Source: Trypethelium eluteriae
Taxonomy: Eukaryota
Length of the DNA: 64,000 nucleotides
Assembly: GCA_051942245.1 (NCBI GenBank)
Contig: JAVECL010000013.1
Location: forward strand, 1-64,000
Reading direction: 5' to 3'
A program made the position numbers and the translations under genes. The notes beneath the pieces were generated by a model. The model was not told where the DNA came from and made no database searches. It worked only from the letters and a program-made list of their open reading frames with translations. Shown piece by piece: positions 34,401 to 48,008 of the stretch. How positions within the stretch are numbered: position 1 is the first letter of the stretch; the number at the start of each line of letters is the position of its first letter.

Positions 34401-36006
34401 CGAGGCCTTTGGTAGTTGGCTTCCTACGCTCAGCGACTTTCAATGGGTCGCAGAAATATTGGTGTTGCCTCATCCTTGGATGTGCTAGAGCGCAGGACAT
34501 CGTCCTGATGCTGGTCACCTATCTTCAATCTTCATCAGTGGAGTAAGATTTCAGTGACCAGAGACCTAAAGCGTGTGGAAAAGCGCTACGATAGCCTGGA
34601 GAACAATGAGACATGCATGATATGATGACAGATGCTGAGGGATTGCAAGAGCCTTAAAATCCAGCTCATTGGGTCGGCAAGAGGGCAAGGGGAACACTCA
34701 GGATAGTGTCGCAGATCCATATGGTACCTGCACTGCGGAGTACGCTACACCCTTTCCTGCTGTATCACCAGAAGAACCATTGACCGGAGATCAAGCTGAA
34801 AGTGGGCATCAGGATTGGCACGCTGAGGAAGTCAATTACATAGTTCTGACGAGTCGAGCAGAGACTGCAGAAATTTCTAACATCGCTGGCTTCGCCCTTT
34901 TTTTTTTTCTTGCCAAGCAGACTAATCCGAACCTATCCGCGTTCCAGTGTTACCTGTGTGTCGTGACTCGAGCTGGAGGTCGCGAAGGAAGCACGACGGA
35001 ATTCGTGGTTGGTAGCGTTATCGCACAAGCGTTATTAGCCCATCATGGCCATTGCCGCAGTTTGACAGGCTCGACCGTCGGCTTGACCAATCAGGTCAAG
35101 GTAAGCTCACGCCATCCCCGGTCTTATCTCAAGCGCCCCTTCTAGAAAACTGCTAGAACTGCAGGTCCCCAATCTGAGGAAGCACGCGTATTCGGGCTGC
35201 GATCCATCCTTAATCCTTGCTGCCCTGCTCGCTTGGCCTGCGCGTTAAAGATTGAAGTATCTGCGGATTGACTGACCAGATCAAGTGAAGGGAAATGTCT
35301 TATATCGTTATCCTTCGACGATGCAGCGACTACGAGACCGCAAGCGAGATCTTTTGCTATCTCAAACTTCACGAGCCATCCCGTTCCCCACACAAGACTA
35401 CTCAGCCGCGCCTGGTCTCGTGGCGAGGAGGGATATTTTGCACCAACCCACGCCGTTGGTACCCGCGGCCAAGGCTTTCTGCACTTGTCCCCAGGGGGCA
35501 GGTTAATGTGCTTAAACGAATGCCAATCCCCGAACCCTCGTTCTAGCAACATGAGCGCGGCAACTTATCGCTGCTTGGACAGTTGGCCGACCTAAGTTCA
35601 GGTCTGCTCTGCATGGAGGGGGCTGGAGCGTCCCGACTGGCTTCCTCCGAATGAGAGACCCTTGATATTGCGCCTGGCCCAATTCATGACCTCTGCGTAT
35701 TTGTGGGCCTGTAATATGGCTCCGGCCATGATTGACAGTAAGCGGGAAGACCGAATCCAGGCCATGCTTTGACCAGCCGTGGAGCTGGGCCTTGCGCCGG
35801 TCAGGACGAGGTTACAGCGAGGGGTGTGTTCCGGCCCAGCGAAGGAGTCGCTTTAAAGTAACGAGCATTTCCTGGGTCTCTCCAGGGCGAAGAATCTTTC
35901 GTTCAGATCCAAATCTCGCGGTGCCGTTGTCCTTCCTATCAATAAGACCTGGAGAAGTTCGCGCCTCCGGACGACAAATTTGGTCACTCCAGTCTATCTT
36001 GCTACC

Positions 36007-37979
36007 ATGGAAAAGGACGGCTACGCTGTCACTACCGACCCCGAGTCACCCCCACCCCCTCCTAACTATGCCAACGATCGCAAAGGCTCAGTCTTGGGAG
36101 AGGCTGCCGATCTCTACGGTAGTGTCCAGACTGCGGAACATGTATAGATTCCTAGCAAACAGCTATGAGGACGACTGCAGAATCTGACTCGAGTTTTTAT
36201 AGTATGGATACGTTGAACGAGGTCTAAAGAGTAGACACATTCAGTTCATTGCCCTTGGCGGGACCATTGGCACTGGTCTCTTTCTAGGTAACTCATTGTC
36301 GCTAAGTCCTTGCTCTCAGACGAACGTTAATGGTTTTTAGGTATTGGCGGAGCCTTGGCAAACTATGGGCCGCTTTCTATTCTTTTGGGTTACACCTTGA
36401 CTGGTTTCGCCATCTTTGCCATGATGCAATGTTTGGGAGAGATGGCGACATGGCTACCTTTACCCGGTGCCATTCCTCAAATGTGTGCCCGTTATGTAGA
36501 CCCTGCTATGGGTTTTGCTGTCGGATGGAATAATTGGTATTCCTCTGCTCTCACGCTTTGCGCCGAAATTTCCGCAGCTGCAACGGTTATTGGTTTCTGG
36601 AATGACGACATTAATCCAAGTGGTAAGCTATATTCCAGGGCAATTGGACCTTTGATATACTTGAGCTAAATTGTATAGCATGGATCACAATCGTGATTGT
36701 CCTAATCATATGCCTGAATATCTTCGCGGTATCGATTTATGGTGAAGCTGAATTTTGTTTCGCGGCCGTAAAGCTCGTTACCGTTCTTGGCCTGTTGATT
36801 CTGTAAGCTTTGAGGCGAGTTGAGCATTGCTGGTTTCACTCTAACAATTACTCCCAGATCCCTTGTCCTCATGCTGGGTGGTGGACCCAATCACGACCGA
36901 CTTGGTTTCAGATATTGGAAACATCCATATACGTCCATGGTGGCCTTGCCATTTGGCACAAACCCGAACACAGGACGTTTCCTGAGCATGTTCTCCACGC
37001 TTGCTAATGCGGCGTTTGCTTATGGAGGTGTCGAGATGGTTGCTGTCGCTGCTGGTGAAGCCGAGAACCCACGCAAGAACATCCCAAAGGCTGTCCGCCG
37101 TGTCTTCTGGCGGATCCTTTTCTTCTACGTCCTCGGTTCCCTGGCGATCGGTGTGACTGTGCCTTACACTGCCCCAAGCCTCACTAGCGATGGCCCAGGT
37201 GCACGATCATCCCCGTGGGTTATCGCGATGGTGAACGCTGGTATCCCGGCATTGCCATCAATCATCAACGCCGTTATCCTTACATCAGCCTCTTCATCCG
37301 CCAACGCTTTTCTTTACACCGGATCCCGTTATCTTTTTGCGCTTGCCCAGAACGGACAGGCACCGGCCCTTTTCCTCAAGTGTTCCAAGACTGGTGTTCC
37401 CTGGTTGTCTGTGGCTTTCACTGCATCCTTCTCGCTGCTCACTTACATGTCTGCCTCCGCCGGATCCTCCACTGTCTTTGGCTGGTTCCAGACGCTCACA
37501 ACAATTTCCTCCCTCTTCACTTGGGTGTCCGTATGTGTCGCGTATATCAGATTTCAAAAAGCATTGGCAGCACAGAATGTGGACCGAAACTCTCTGGTCT
37601 TCAAATCTCCGTACCAACCGTACACTGCATACTTTGCCCTGATATTCTTTTCGATCATCATCCTTTTCAACGGCTGGGAAGTCTTTACTACTACCGACGG
37701 TGTTAAGAACTGGGACACTCAGGATTTCGTCACGGCTGTAAGTAGCTAGAACCAAAGTAATGATGACTCACGAGACAAAGTAGCTGACGAATGTCTTAGT
37801 ACGTCGGAATTCCAATCTACTTTGGCTTCTACCTGTTTTGGAAAATCTTCAAGAGGACGAAAGCGGTCAAGCCAAGCGAGGCGGACATCTGGACCGGCAA
37901 GGCCGCCGTGGATGCCGAAGTCTGGGAAGAGAGGGTCCCACACAATCTTCTGGAGAGGGTATGGTTCTGGATTGCGTGA
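36007..37979 (+). CDS. Amino-acid permease (APC/YAT family; proline-permease or Dip5-like), multi-exon
   Basis: RGLKSRHIQFIALGGTIGTGLFLG, MQCLGEMAT, YGEAEF, DRLGFRYW, AGEAENPRKNIPKAVRRVFWRI, KSPYQPY. Stop TGA at 37977-37979. Confidence 0.92.
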
Positions 37980-38777
37980 GGGAGGGGTTATGAACTCGAG
38001 TAGGGGGACGCCGAATGAATTCCAATTCATGTAATGAAAAAAAAAAAGAGAAAATAACGATTCAATAATAGACAAGTTCTTAGCACCGTCAGTAGAATGC
38101 CTTGCTCGCGCGACGTGAACTGTCTCTATTAATTGTCGTCACAAGGTGCACGCAATCCATACTCCGTAAAAAAGCAATCAAAGATCTCAAACGAATGTCG
38201 TTCTTGTTCTAAGTTAATACTAGCCACCGCAAAGGTACATATTTACCTACTCTCAGCAAAGACCGTGTGAAGTTTGTTCAACCCAGTACAAGACAAATTC
38301 ATCAGAATCCCTTCCCTTTATCGATCTCGAAATACTCAAATGGAGCAGAATGATCAGCAGTCTAAGATTTTCTTGGAATAAAGGGAATCCAAATGTTCCT
38401 CTGACGATCACGACTCCCAAGCTGAGAGACTGGTGACGTCCCACGCTATCACCAACGCAAATTGGTTGCTTTGGCTACTCAAGTCCCTGCAATCTGCGAC
38501 CAGGCTATCCTCCACGTTACGCGGATTAGAGTCCGTGAGATGTGGGCATGTTGACCGCATATCTGGGTTTAACTCTTGCGGGACTTCGCAGGGCGATTCG
38601 GCCGCTCACTAGGTAAGCGTGACCAAGGTAGACATTAGGATCTGGCATGCACGCAATCGTTCCATCGATCGGAAAACTCTGTGGGACACACTTATCCTGT
38701 GTCACGCAGGAACAAAAGATCTTTCTTCGCTGGAGATACCACGCTTCCGATTGTTTGCTCGACCACGTTTTCCAGTT

Positions 38778-41700
38778 TCAATGCCCGACATGGCTCGCAA
38801 AAGCGGTCGACAAGCTGCGTGCATCCTCTTCCACGATGCGGTTCCCGCCGTATCCGGGGACAGAGGGATGACCCTCGACGAATTGCTTCAGACGATCGCT
38901 CTGGCTCAGGCTCGGCTGCTTGTTGATGTCGTGGAGGCTGAGCCCACCCAGGCTGACGCCGCCTTTGCCATCTACGGTGCTTGTGCCGTTCGTGATGTCG
39001 GTGAGCTCGCTTGCTGCCACCGATTCGCCCGCGACACTGCCTGCGACGCCGGGGTTCTTGCCCTTTCCGCCATACCCGTTCCGACCGGCAGGAAGCGTTG
39101 GCCATGTGTCGGCGAAGCCGCCGAACATGGGTGGGTAGTTGGGCTGCACACCGATGCCGACCCCGCCGAGGGCGGAGGAGGATTGTACGGAGGAAATGTC
39201 GTCGGGGATGTAGCTCGCAACGGAGCCGTTCTCGCCAAAGTCCTGGCGAGGAGGATGGCGTCCGTTCATGCCGCGGCCAGCTGCCATGTTCGAAGCGTGT
39301 TGGTAGGCCATTTGATACCGCTGAGGTCCGCGGTAGCTTTGCTTTGGACGGCTGAATTGGAGAAGCGAGACCTGCAAATTAGATAGAGGGCCTTCGACTA
39401 AGCAGTTGCGTTCCTTGAAGTGCAGCAAGAGATAGTGCCAGAGTGGATGCTTCGATAAGACTTTCGGATTTCCCAAAATGACCAAGCCGTACTTTGCTCG
39501 TGTAAGGGCGACGTTGAGACGACGGGGGTCGCTAAGGAAACCAATTCCTTGGTGATCGTTCGAACGAACGCATGAGAGCACGATGAAGTCTTTCTCACGA
39601 CCCTGGAACGCATCAACAGAGGCGACCTCGATTTCCTTATAGGATTCCTTCTTGAAACTGCCGGTGGCTTGCATGGAACTAACGACATAGCTACGCTGAC
39701 CTTCGTAGGGCGTGATTATGCCGATATCTTCAGGATGAACGCCAGCTTTGAAAAATCGAGTCACAATCTTCTCAACATTCGAGGCCTCGGTACGATTAAG
39801 ATACGAAGTTCCTGAGGCAGAGATTTCCTCATTTCCAAGGTTGGTCCAGAACATCATTGGAGCATCAACAACCGGCCAAGGAAAGTCAACATCACGGCGT
39901 AAGCGTTGCTGCATGGTTACGCCGTTTTGTAGAGAACCCTCATAGAACATATTGGAAGGAAACTCCGATAGACAAGGATGCATGCGATACTGAACCTGGA
40001 GCCGAATCGGGGCGAGGCCAAGAATGACCAGTCGCTCGAAAAGAGATTGGTTCAGCCCTGCTTTTGCTGCCTTTTTGTTCATAATGACTGGCCCCAACTG
40101 TTGATGATCACCAACCAAGACTACCTGCTTGCAACCAAGGACGAGCGGAATCATACATTCAGGTTCAGCAGATTGAGTAGATTCGTCGATGAGGACAGTC
40201 CTGAATTGGAACTTGGCGAGGCGAGGATCTCCAGCGCCAACGCAGGTACAGCATATGACGTCGGCATGCGTGAGAATCTCACGCTCGGCATTGCGGGTCA
40301 GTTGCTTAAATTTCTTCTCATCTTGGCTCGATAGCTCTCCGAGTTCGTTCTTCAGCTGATTGAGCTTGTTGAGCTCCGTATTCGTGTCGTTTATCCTGAC
40401 CTGCTGATGGAGAGACAGGAAACCCACAGGGGATTCAACATCTTCTCGCGATTTCGCTGTGACGCGCACCGTCTTCAAGCCTGTACGGTGGATTCGCTCG
40501 CATAGTTGATCTACGGCAACGTTGGAAGGTGCGCAGACTAAGACCTGGCCACCATTGATCTTTGCAAGGTGGTAGATTATGGTAGCAGAAGTGACAGTCT
40601 TTCCGGTGCCTGGAGGCCCTTGGATCAAGCTCAGCGGCTTTTGAATGACACTCTTGACGGCATTGATCTGGCTGGCATTCAGGTCCGGCAGGCCAGGAAC
40701 ACTGAATTTTCGGGGAATTTGTGTTTTCATCGGAGCAGCTGCTACCTCGTGTCCAAGCAAGCGATGGAAAATATATCCCGAGACGCTCATCTCATCAATA
40801 GCGAAAGTCTTCATGGCATGCTGCATGCGATCAAAGGATGTTGCCTTCCAGACGTAGTCCGCACTGAAGTTGTGCGTACATTCGGTCGGCACAGACTTGT
40901 GGTCTCCTTTGGTACGCAACTCGATTGTGACTTCATCAGATTGGTTGTTGGGGATTTTGATAACGTATCCAACGCCCTCCCAATGCGACCGCAGCTCACC
41001 AGTGTATCGTAGGCGCATTTCATCGCCAACAGCCAGTTTGACATCACCGAGCTCCAATTTTGGCAGGACGAAGCTCGCAAGATGCTTGTTGTTCAAGCCA
41101 AAATCCCAGCGAACAATGAGGCCATCCTGTGATTGTGACTCTTTGAGCTTCTTGTCGTAGTCCGCCTCGATTTTGACTAAAGGCCCAAATACATTCTGAT
41201 ATTGATAAGCGTCGTCGTATCGGAGAAGGACAGGCGCTGGCTCATCATCCACACCGGCTCCCTTTTCCAGATCAGCAACAGTGGCATTGGAGTTTTCTTT
41301 CCACATTTCCTCGAGTTTCGCAATCATTTGTGGGCTAAGATGGCGGGCGCGGAGCTGTTCTTGATCTGAAGGAGCGCTGACGAGCCATGGTAGGAAGGAG
41401 CGATCCTCGATCAAAGGTTGCCATCTGGAAGTATCCCAATTCATATCCTTTGACGAAGGAATTGCTGCGCAGGGCTGGCGGCATAACAATACAACGACTG
41501 TGTCCGATTTGGCGGGGATGAAGCCAAGTAGAAAGACATTTTTCGTACCGCAATTATAACATTCCAAGATAGTGTCACCTAGTGAGGAGGCAGGATGAAG
41601 CTGAACCTCCTTGTGACGAGCCCGGACGAGGTGATTAATGATATGGGACGACGAAGTATTGCCGCGAGCACTGCAAAACCATTTGTTGCAGGCCAGACAT

Positions 41701-42073
41701 TTGACCACACTACCCGAGTTATGAATACCGCAGTAGCTAAGATTGATTAATTTAGCAAGCTAGTCTTCACCTTGTTTGGCTTCTGAGAAACTTACGCGCA
41801 CGCGTGGGAGGGGAGTTCGACTTCTTCTTCTGGCTTCGGCCCTGGCTTGCCGTTGGCACCATCGACGGCCATACTAGCCATGCTCTCCATGTCATCATCG
41901 TCAAAGACGTCGGTCTCTTCATCGTCATCTACTCTGCGACGGCGAGACCCACCGCCAAGCCCAGCTCGTCCATGGTCGAGGATGCTTTCATCATCCTCAC
42001 CGGCGTTGATGGCAGAAGCAGAGTCGGCGATAAGGTGATTTCCTAGGTGCGTGAAGGCGTCACCATCCATCAT
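38778..42073 (-). CDS. UPF1: Nonsense-mediated decay SF1 RNA helicase Upf1/Nam7, 2 exons
   Basis: Intron 41795-41737. CH zinc domain (HACAYCGIH...CNKWFC...LECYNCG), [49 protein letters not shown]. Confidence 0.97.
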
Positions 42074-42464
42074 ACGATGCGCCAGGCTGTAAGCTGGTAG
42101 ACGTCAAGGGCGTGGTTGGAGTAGGAGGGAGATCTCAATAGTTAAGGAAGGCTGTGGGCGTGCGAGCGTTTGTGGCGGGAAATCTGGGGCGTTTTCCCAT
42201 GCGGCAAAGTGCAGCACAGTGCGGAGCTGCCTGAGCATAAACCGGTAAATAGTTATAAGGTGCACGCAAGTGAACGCGAAAAGGAAAGTAGGTATGAGGA
42301 ATCAGTGGGAAGCACCGATTGTCACCCTGGTACGGTAGAGCAGTCATTGAAGAACCCCTCGGTCCCGCGAACCTTGCCGGCCGTGCGACGCCTGCTGAAT
42401 TTTTGCCCTCCTACTCCTCCACGAAGCTTGCGCGTTGCTTCGCGCCTACATTGCAACACACGGC

Positions 42465-43414
42465 ATGCTTGTAAGAATATCTTGAATCTTTCTCTCCATA
42501 TTCCATGGCTAACTCTTTCGTAGCGTAGACAAGCGCGTCAGCGACGGGATTATCTCTACCGCCGAGCACTCACACTACGGGACGCTGAAATCGCACAAAA
42601 ACGAGCGGCACTCCGAGCCTCCCTTGCTTCAGGAAAGCCTCTCGACCCAGCTATTGCAAACGATAAATCTCTTCGCCAGGATTACAAATACGATGAGTCT
42701 CGCGCGGATCGCACAACAGAGGAAGAGCTTGGTTTAGATGATGAATACGCCCACCTCAGTGGCATAGTCGACCCCCGTGTGCTCATTACCACCTCGCGTT
42801 CACCTTCTAGTAGGCTAAGCGCGTTCGCAAAAGAGATCCGCCTACTTCTCCCGACTTCGATACGCTTGAACCGTGGTACTCTCATCCTCCCTAATCTGGT
42901 TTCTTCTGCCACAGCCTCGGCGCTTTCAGATATCGTTATCCTGCACGAGCATCGAGGCACACCAACGGCCCTTACAATTTCTCATCTTCCTCATGGACCT
43001 ACCGCATCGTTCTCTCTCCACAATGTCCTTCTCCGGCACGATATCCCTGATTCAGCCGCTGGCACAGTCTCAGAATCATATCCCCATCTGATCTTCGAAG
43101 GCTTTACGACTGCATTGGGGAAGCGCATCGTCCAGATCCTCAAGCACCTCTTCCCTCCGCGGGAAACCCTCACCTCCAAAAACAAGCTCGGCAGCCGCGT
43201 TGTTACATTCCGCAATTTTGAGGATAGTATAGAGCTTCGACACCACGTCTTTGTGCGCACCGGCTATCAGAGCGTTGAGCTAGCAGAGGTCGGACCGCGG
43301 ATGACAATGAGATTGTTTGAGATACGGCAGGGCACGGCCGAGAACAAAGACGGCGACGTGGAATGGAGACTCAATCAGTACACTCGGACCGCCAAGAAGA
43401 AGGATTACCTCTGA
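42465..43414 (+). CDS. IMP4: U3 snoRNP / SSU processome Brix-domain protein Imp4, with a 6-nt first exon
   Basis: ATGCTT, intron 42471-42523, then RRQARQRRDYLYRR...DDEYA...ITTSRSPSSRL...HEHRGTP...ELAEVGPRMTM...YTRTAKKKDYL. Confidence 0.95.
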
Positions 43415-44618
43415 TTCGAAGAAAGTCGATCAGCAACCCAGTCAGCCTACACAAACTTGGAGTGTCTTTATTGTTGCATTCACACCTCTGGAGCCCAGGT
43501 CTCTATCAATGCATCTATAGGTGTTCTGGGAAAAGGAAGATCTGCATTGTGCTGGCATTCGGTTCTGGTATATCTTTGGAATCGAGGTGGGACGTCCCTC
43601 TAGGTACAACGTGCAAGAAGGTGCAGGAGTGGCAGCGATTCAGCTCCTATCTTGGCAACGCACGCGGCAGCACGACCTGCCTCGGAGCTGAGCTACCTAA
43701 CGGGCCAGTATTGGACCGAAGATGACCACTGAACAGCCACCAACCACTTCAGTATGCATGCATCACGCACACCATCGCCCAAATGGCAGCAGTGCAGATG
43801 TCGATTTTTAATTAGGTCGCTGCAGACTGCATGCACGTCAGCACTGCATTCATGCTCCGCGAAGCCCCTGGACACCATGAGAGTTGCCCCGGATAATGCA
43901 CCGAGTGGCGCATGCTCGCCTACGTCATGCAACTTGAATGACTCGCTTCTTTAGTATAACGTGCCCTTGGCACCCCCGGCGATGCTGCTTCTTCCGAGCC
44001 GGTTGTTCCCTAACGTGCTTAATTCCCGCAACACTTGGAGTCCAGTGTACGTCTTTTAGGCTCACCGATTATAGGCATGACTACGATAGCTTGTACGGTT
44101 GGCTGGAGGGAATTCAGGTAAAATGGATGCCTGCATAATGGGTACACGTAATAAAGGGAAAGTAACACAAATTACACATGCATGTGATTTTTGACTTTAT
44201 GAGGGTGTCCGTTTCTATCTTAATCAAAGTTTCACCTCGAGGTATCCGGTTGATACTGATTATTGCCTTCTCAGTAGGAATGAAAGTCTGGGTCGGCGAA
44301 TAGCAACGGTGTATTCAAGGATATCAGAAGCGAACAAAAATCGTTAAAAAAAGACGAGGATCCGGGTCGGAACACCAGGTGTCACCGTCCTTTCTCTACA
44401 AATGCGTTCTCGACGACTGGGCATGTTCATTGTATATTGTGACTGTACGTCGTTGATTGCAGTAGCTTGCTTGTGAAATTGCCGGATGCGTCCTCGCACT
44501 CACGGCATTCTGGTATCATCCCTAGATTAACTACTAACAACTCCCCTGAACGCCATAGTATGCATCGACTTATCGACCAGGATACATATGCAATGCTACG
44601 GTCAAGCCGTAAGGATCT

Positions 44619-45965
44619 TCATTCAGTGATCACAGCGGTTTGCGGAGCTGCCTTCTCCTTAACCAATTTCTGTTGCTCCCGCACAAGGCCGTACTGGACA
44701 GCTTCGAGGACGTTGTTCACTGTGGCCTTTGGCGTGAACTTGGGTTTCGTGCCCTCTTTATACACACCTGTCCGTACAAGAATGGAAAACCACGTGTTTT
44801 CAGCATGGCTGTTGAACTCGTTGGTTCCCCTAATATCGGACTCTGGTGTATCACCAACAAAATAGACTGTGTCAGGGGGTTGATCGATGCCGTGTGTGTC
44901 TTTGCGCCATTGCTGAAGCAATCTCGTCGCAAACTGGAAGGTACCGATTTGAGGCTTACCAAATGCCGTGGTCTTGAGTTCCTTCCCGGTAACCGCTTTG
45001 AACATAGCCTCAAGGGAAGCCCGGAGGGCGCCCATACCGATGCGAGAGAGCTCATGGGAAGTGGACCAGATGACATCGTTGTGCGAAAAGAACACCGGTG
45101 GACCTTCATCAAAAGTCTCCGAACGAGTACCCAAACGTCCCTTCTTGGACATGAGAAGGTCAAGGATGATTTGTTGATCCCCGGCCCAGTCCCTGCTATC
45201 TGCAAACACAAAGATGGCCTCGATCTCAACTTTATTGAAGTTGCGAGCGCGCGAGTTTTCCCATTCCTCGTCAGTGAGTTTGCGGAAAGGGGTTGTGTCT
45301 GTATTATCCTTGATGATATCGCCAGGGGTGACGACGTCCTTGAAGCCGTAGCCCTCGGCGACGTGTCGACACTTCTCCCCCTCGCCACCAACCACTAGAA
45401 CAGTGCTATATTTTTGAGCCATTTCGCGCATCGGTGTGTGGCCGCAGATGAATTGTCCTGGCGAAACTTCTATTTCCAGCTGATCACTGAGCTGCCTACA
45501 TCGTTCTTGCTCGGTTTTACCACCGCCATTGGTAACGAAGATGTATGGACTGAGACGTATAAGTAAAGACTTCTCTTATGCAGCATCTTGTGAGACGTAC
45601 ACTTTCACGCCATATTGATTCTGTCCATTTAGAAGCTTCATGGCTTCGATAGCCTCTGGAATGGGCTTTCCTCCACGGATGAGCACGCCGTCAATGTCGA
45701 AGGCATAGGCAAATCGATCCGTCACTTGAGACTCAGGGGGCGTCGATGGGCTCTCAGAACGCAGAGTATATTGCTCGAGCTCATGCCTAGCAAGCTCAAT
45801 CGACGCAGCTACTTCGTGGGCATCGGAGGGGGCCATGAGATGCTTTTCAGGCACGACGACGGTAGGACCTTTAGTGAGGTCTTGTCCAGCGGCATCCTGT
45901 CCACTAAGCCGCCTAACATGGTTTCTCTCTGATTGAGGAGGCCTCAACGTGGCAGAGACCGACAT
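44619..45965 (-). CDS. HAD-superfamily class IIA hydrolase (CECR5/HDHD5-like), 2 exons
   Basis: Motif I FAYAFDIDGVL, motif II FVTNGGGK, GKPQ, motif IV YFVGDTPESDI, SILVRTGVY. One intron near 45549-45600. Confidence 0.9.
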
Positions 45966-48008
45966 GTTGCTGTGTTGAGTGGAAGCCACGACGGTGTGGT
46001 GGATCAAAAGGACTAGGGTATATTCTGGTAGAACGGGAAGACCTTAGACTCAGGGTGCTCGCGATTGGAACTGTCTCTCTCTTGAGAAAAGGGACTCGCA
46101 GTCGTGGGAAGGGCGTCTATGATATAAGGGCTTGTCTACAGTGCAGGCCATATTAAAGTCGCTCGTAATGGTCATCACCGATTGTGGAGCCAAAGAACCA
46201 CCAGATGTACAACAAGGTAATCGCCCACAACCACGGTGGGGCAATGTTTGTTGCAACGCAGAATCTGCAGGCGGCGAAGTTTAGCGTCAAGCCTATCTAA
46301 CGAGTGAGAGACTCCTGGCGCATCATTCGTTGCTTGTAAAAGGTATCCCTGTTGTTAGGGCCATATATGGCGTCTCAGAGAGCAGGCGGCGCAGTGATGG
46401 TCCTGGTACCTGTAACGCGTCTGATCGCCCCGCTTGTGATTCGCAGTCAGCAGAACTCTCGTACCGTTTTGTTTTCGTGGGAAGCAGCGGCCTGCAACAG
46501 CGGCAGTAAAGCTCGACGGATCACTCGTGGTCAGTGCCAATGACAAAGCCGAGGGCGCAGAGCGGCACTGACGTCACTCGACAACCAAATTGCGATGGTA
46601 GCCGGCACAAGTCTATCAAGGACAAATGGACTCGAAAATCGAAACTGAAAGCTGGTTGATGCCTACGTACTCGACCTTGGGTGCTTGTTTCGTGGTCGGA
46701 GAGCGGTAAACTGTCCGACGGGAGATGAGCCGGATCATCGATCCACTAGTAGCGGAAATACGCCAATGAACCAAATGCTCCTGATTTGTTGTTCTGAAGC
46801 GGTTGAAAACGCACAATGCACTGCAGAGTCTCCTTGGGCATGGTGCTTAGTCGCGGCCTGGCATTATCACATGTCAGAAAAAGGCCGCCTGCTACAACTA
46901 CTCCTTCCTTGCACTGCAGAGCATTGCAGCATATCATAGGAATGGTGCAAAGAACTGTGACCACCGTGTTCCGCACCTCTGGTTCTAGAATTGGCCTTGT
47001 GCCACGGTCGATGGCCATTGTATGCGCGGTTTTTGACGGTAGAAGTCATCCGAACTACCATAATCGTCTGTCCGCCGTTAATGCACCCGGCCTTCCGCTG
47101 CACCCTTCTCATGGGGATCGCTCGATTGTACGCGGCAGAACTGTTCACCGACAGCAATGACTAATTCATGGCGAAAATTCGACGGAATTGGTAAGTCGGA
47201 CGTGATCTAAGAAGATCAAGTCCGTCGAGCTTAAGAGCAGCTTCGGAACCCAGGACTCCATTGGTGCGGTGGATGCATTAAAGCCTGCTCTCTTTGAGGT
47301 AGGAAGCACATTGAGGTGCCAAGCTGACTGGTTCACAACATAATATACTCCTCGGATACTACGAAACTTCCTTAGGCTTATATTCCAGAAGGCATGTGAG
47401 CCCACATTTGAGAATGTGCCTAAAGTGTGGATTCGCGAAGAGTACTTTGTTTTAGAGACTGTGCCAGCCTGACGAATGGCGACCTTACACCGATGAGAAG
47501 AACATTCAATACAGAACAGTTTTCAAGCACTGTACGGCAAGAGATCAGCCCGGCAGGAACCCTCATTGAATGAGCACAAAATGGATGCAAAAATTTTTTG
47601 GGTTCGACACCTAACGTTGAATTACAACAGGGGATGCGGTATTGATGTTCCCGTCGTGAGTATCACGTGATTTGCTATTCGCCGCATTTTACATTTCAGG
47701 AGGTACCTACCTCATGAACGTCGTCACTGTTGTGTGTACAAAATGCGATCTAGCCTACGGGAAGAGCACCTTGGATTAGTGAGAATCATTCTCCGTGGTA
47801 ACCGCATCGGCATCCGAGAGCTAGGGAGCCTATCTCAGGCCTGTGGCGTGTACCCATTCTCTGCATATCGTCTCCTACCCTAGTCAACGGGCACTTGCAG
47901 CTAAGAAGATAACTTACAAACCTCTCTCTTTTATGGGGGTACCTTGATCTAGTACTCAGGTTCTGCCCAAAAGCAGAAGAGAAGAAAAAGCAAATAGAAA
48001 AAGGGAAC

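Noticed and set aside
43750..43935. Cluster of TGCA/CATG words downstream of IMP4
   Set aside because: Irregular spacing and no repeat unit; ordinary intergenic low complexity.
38619..45398. Long overlapping or antisense ORFs (e.g. 38619-39386, 44640-45398, 44717-45391; also 359-1045 and 20050-20652)
   Set aside because: These are shadow frames of genuine genes with no recognisable motifs.
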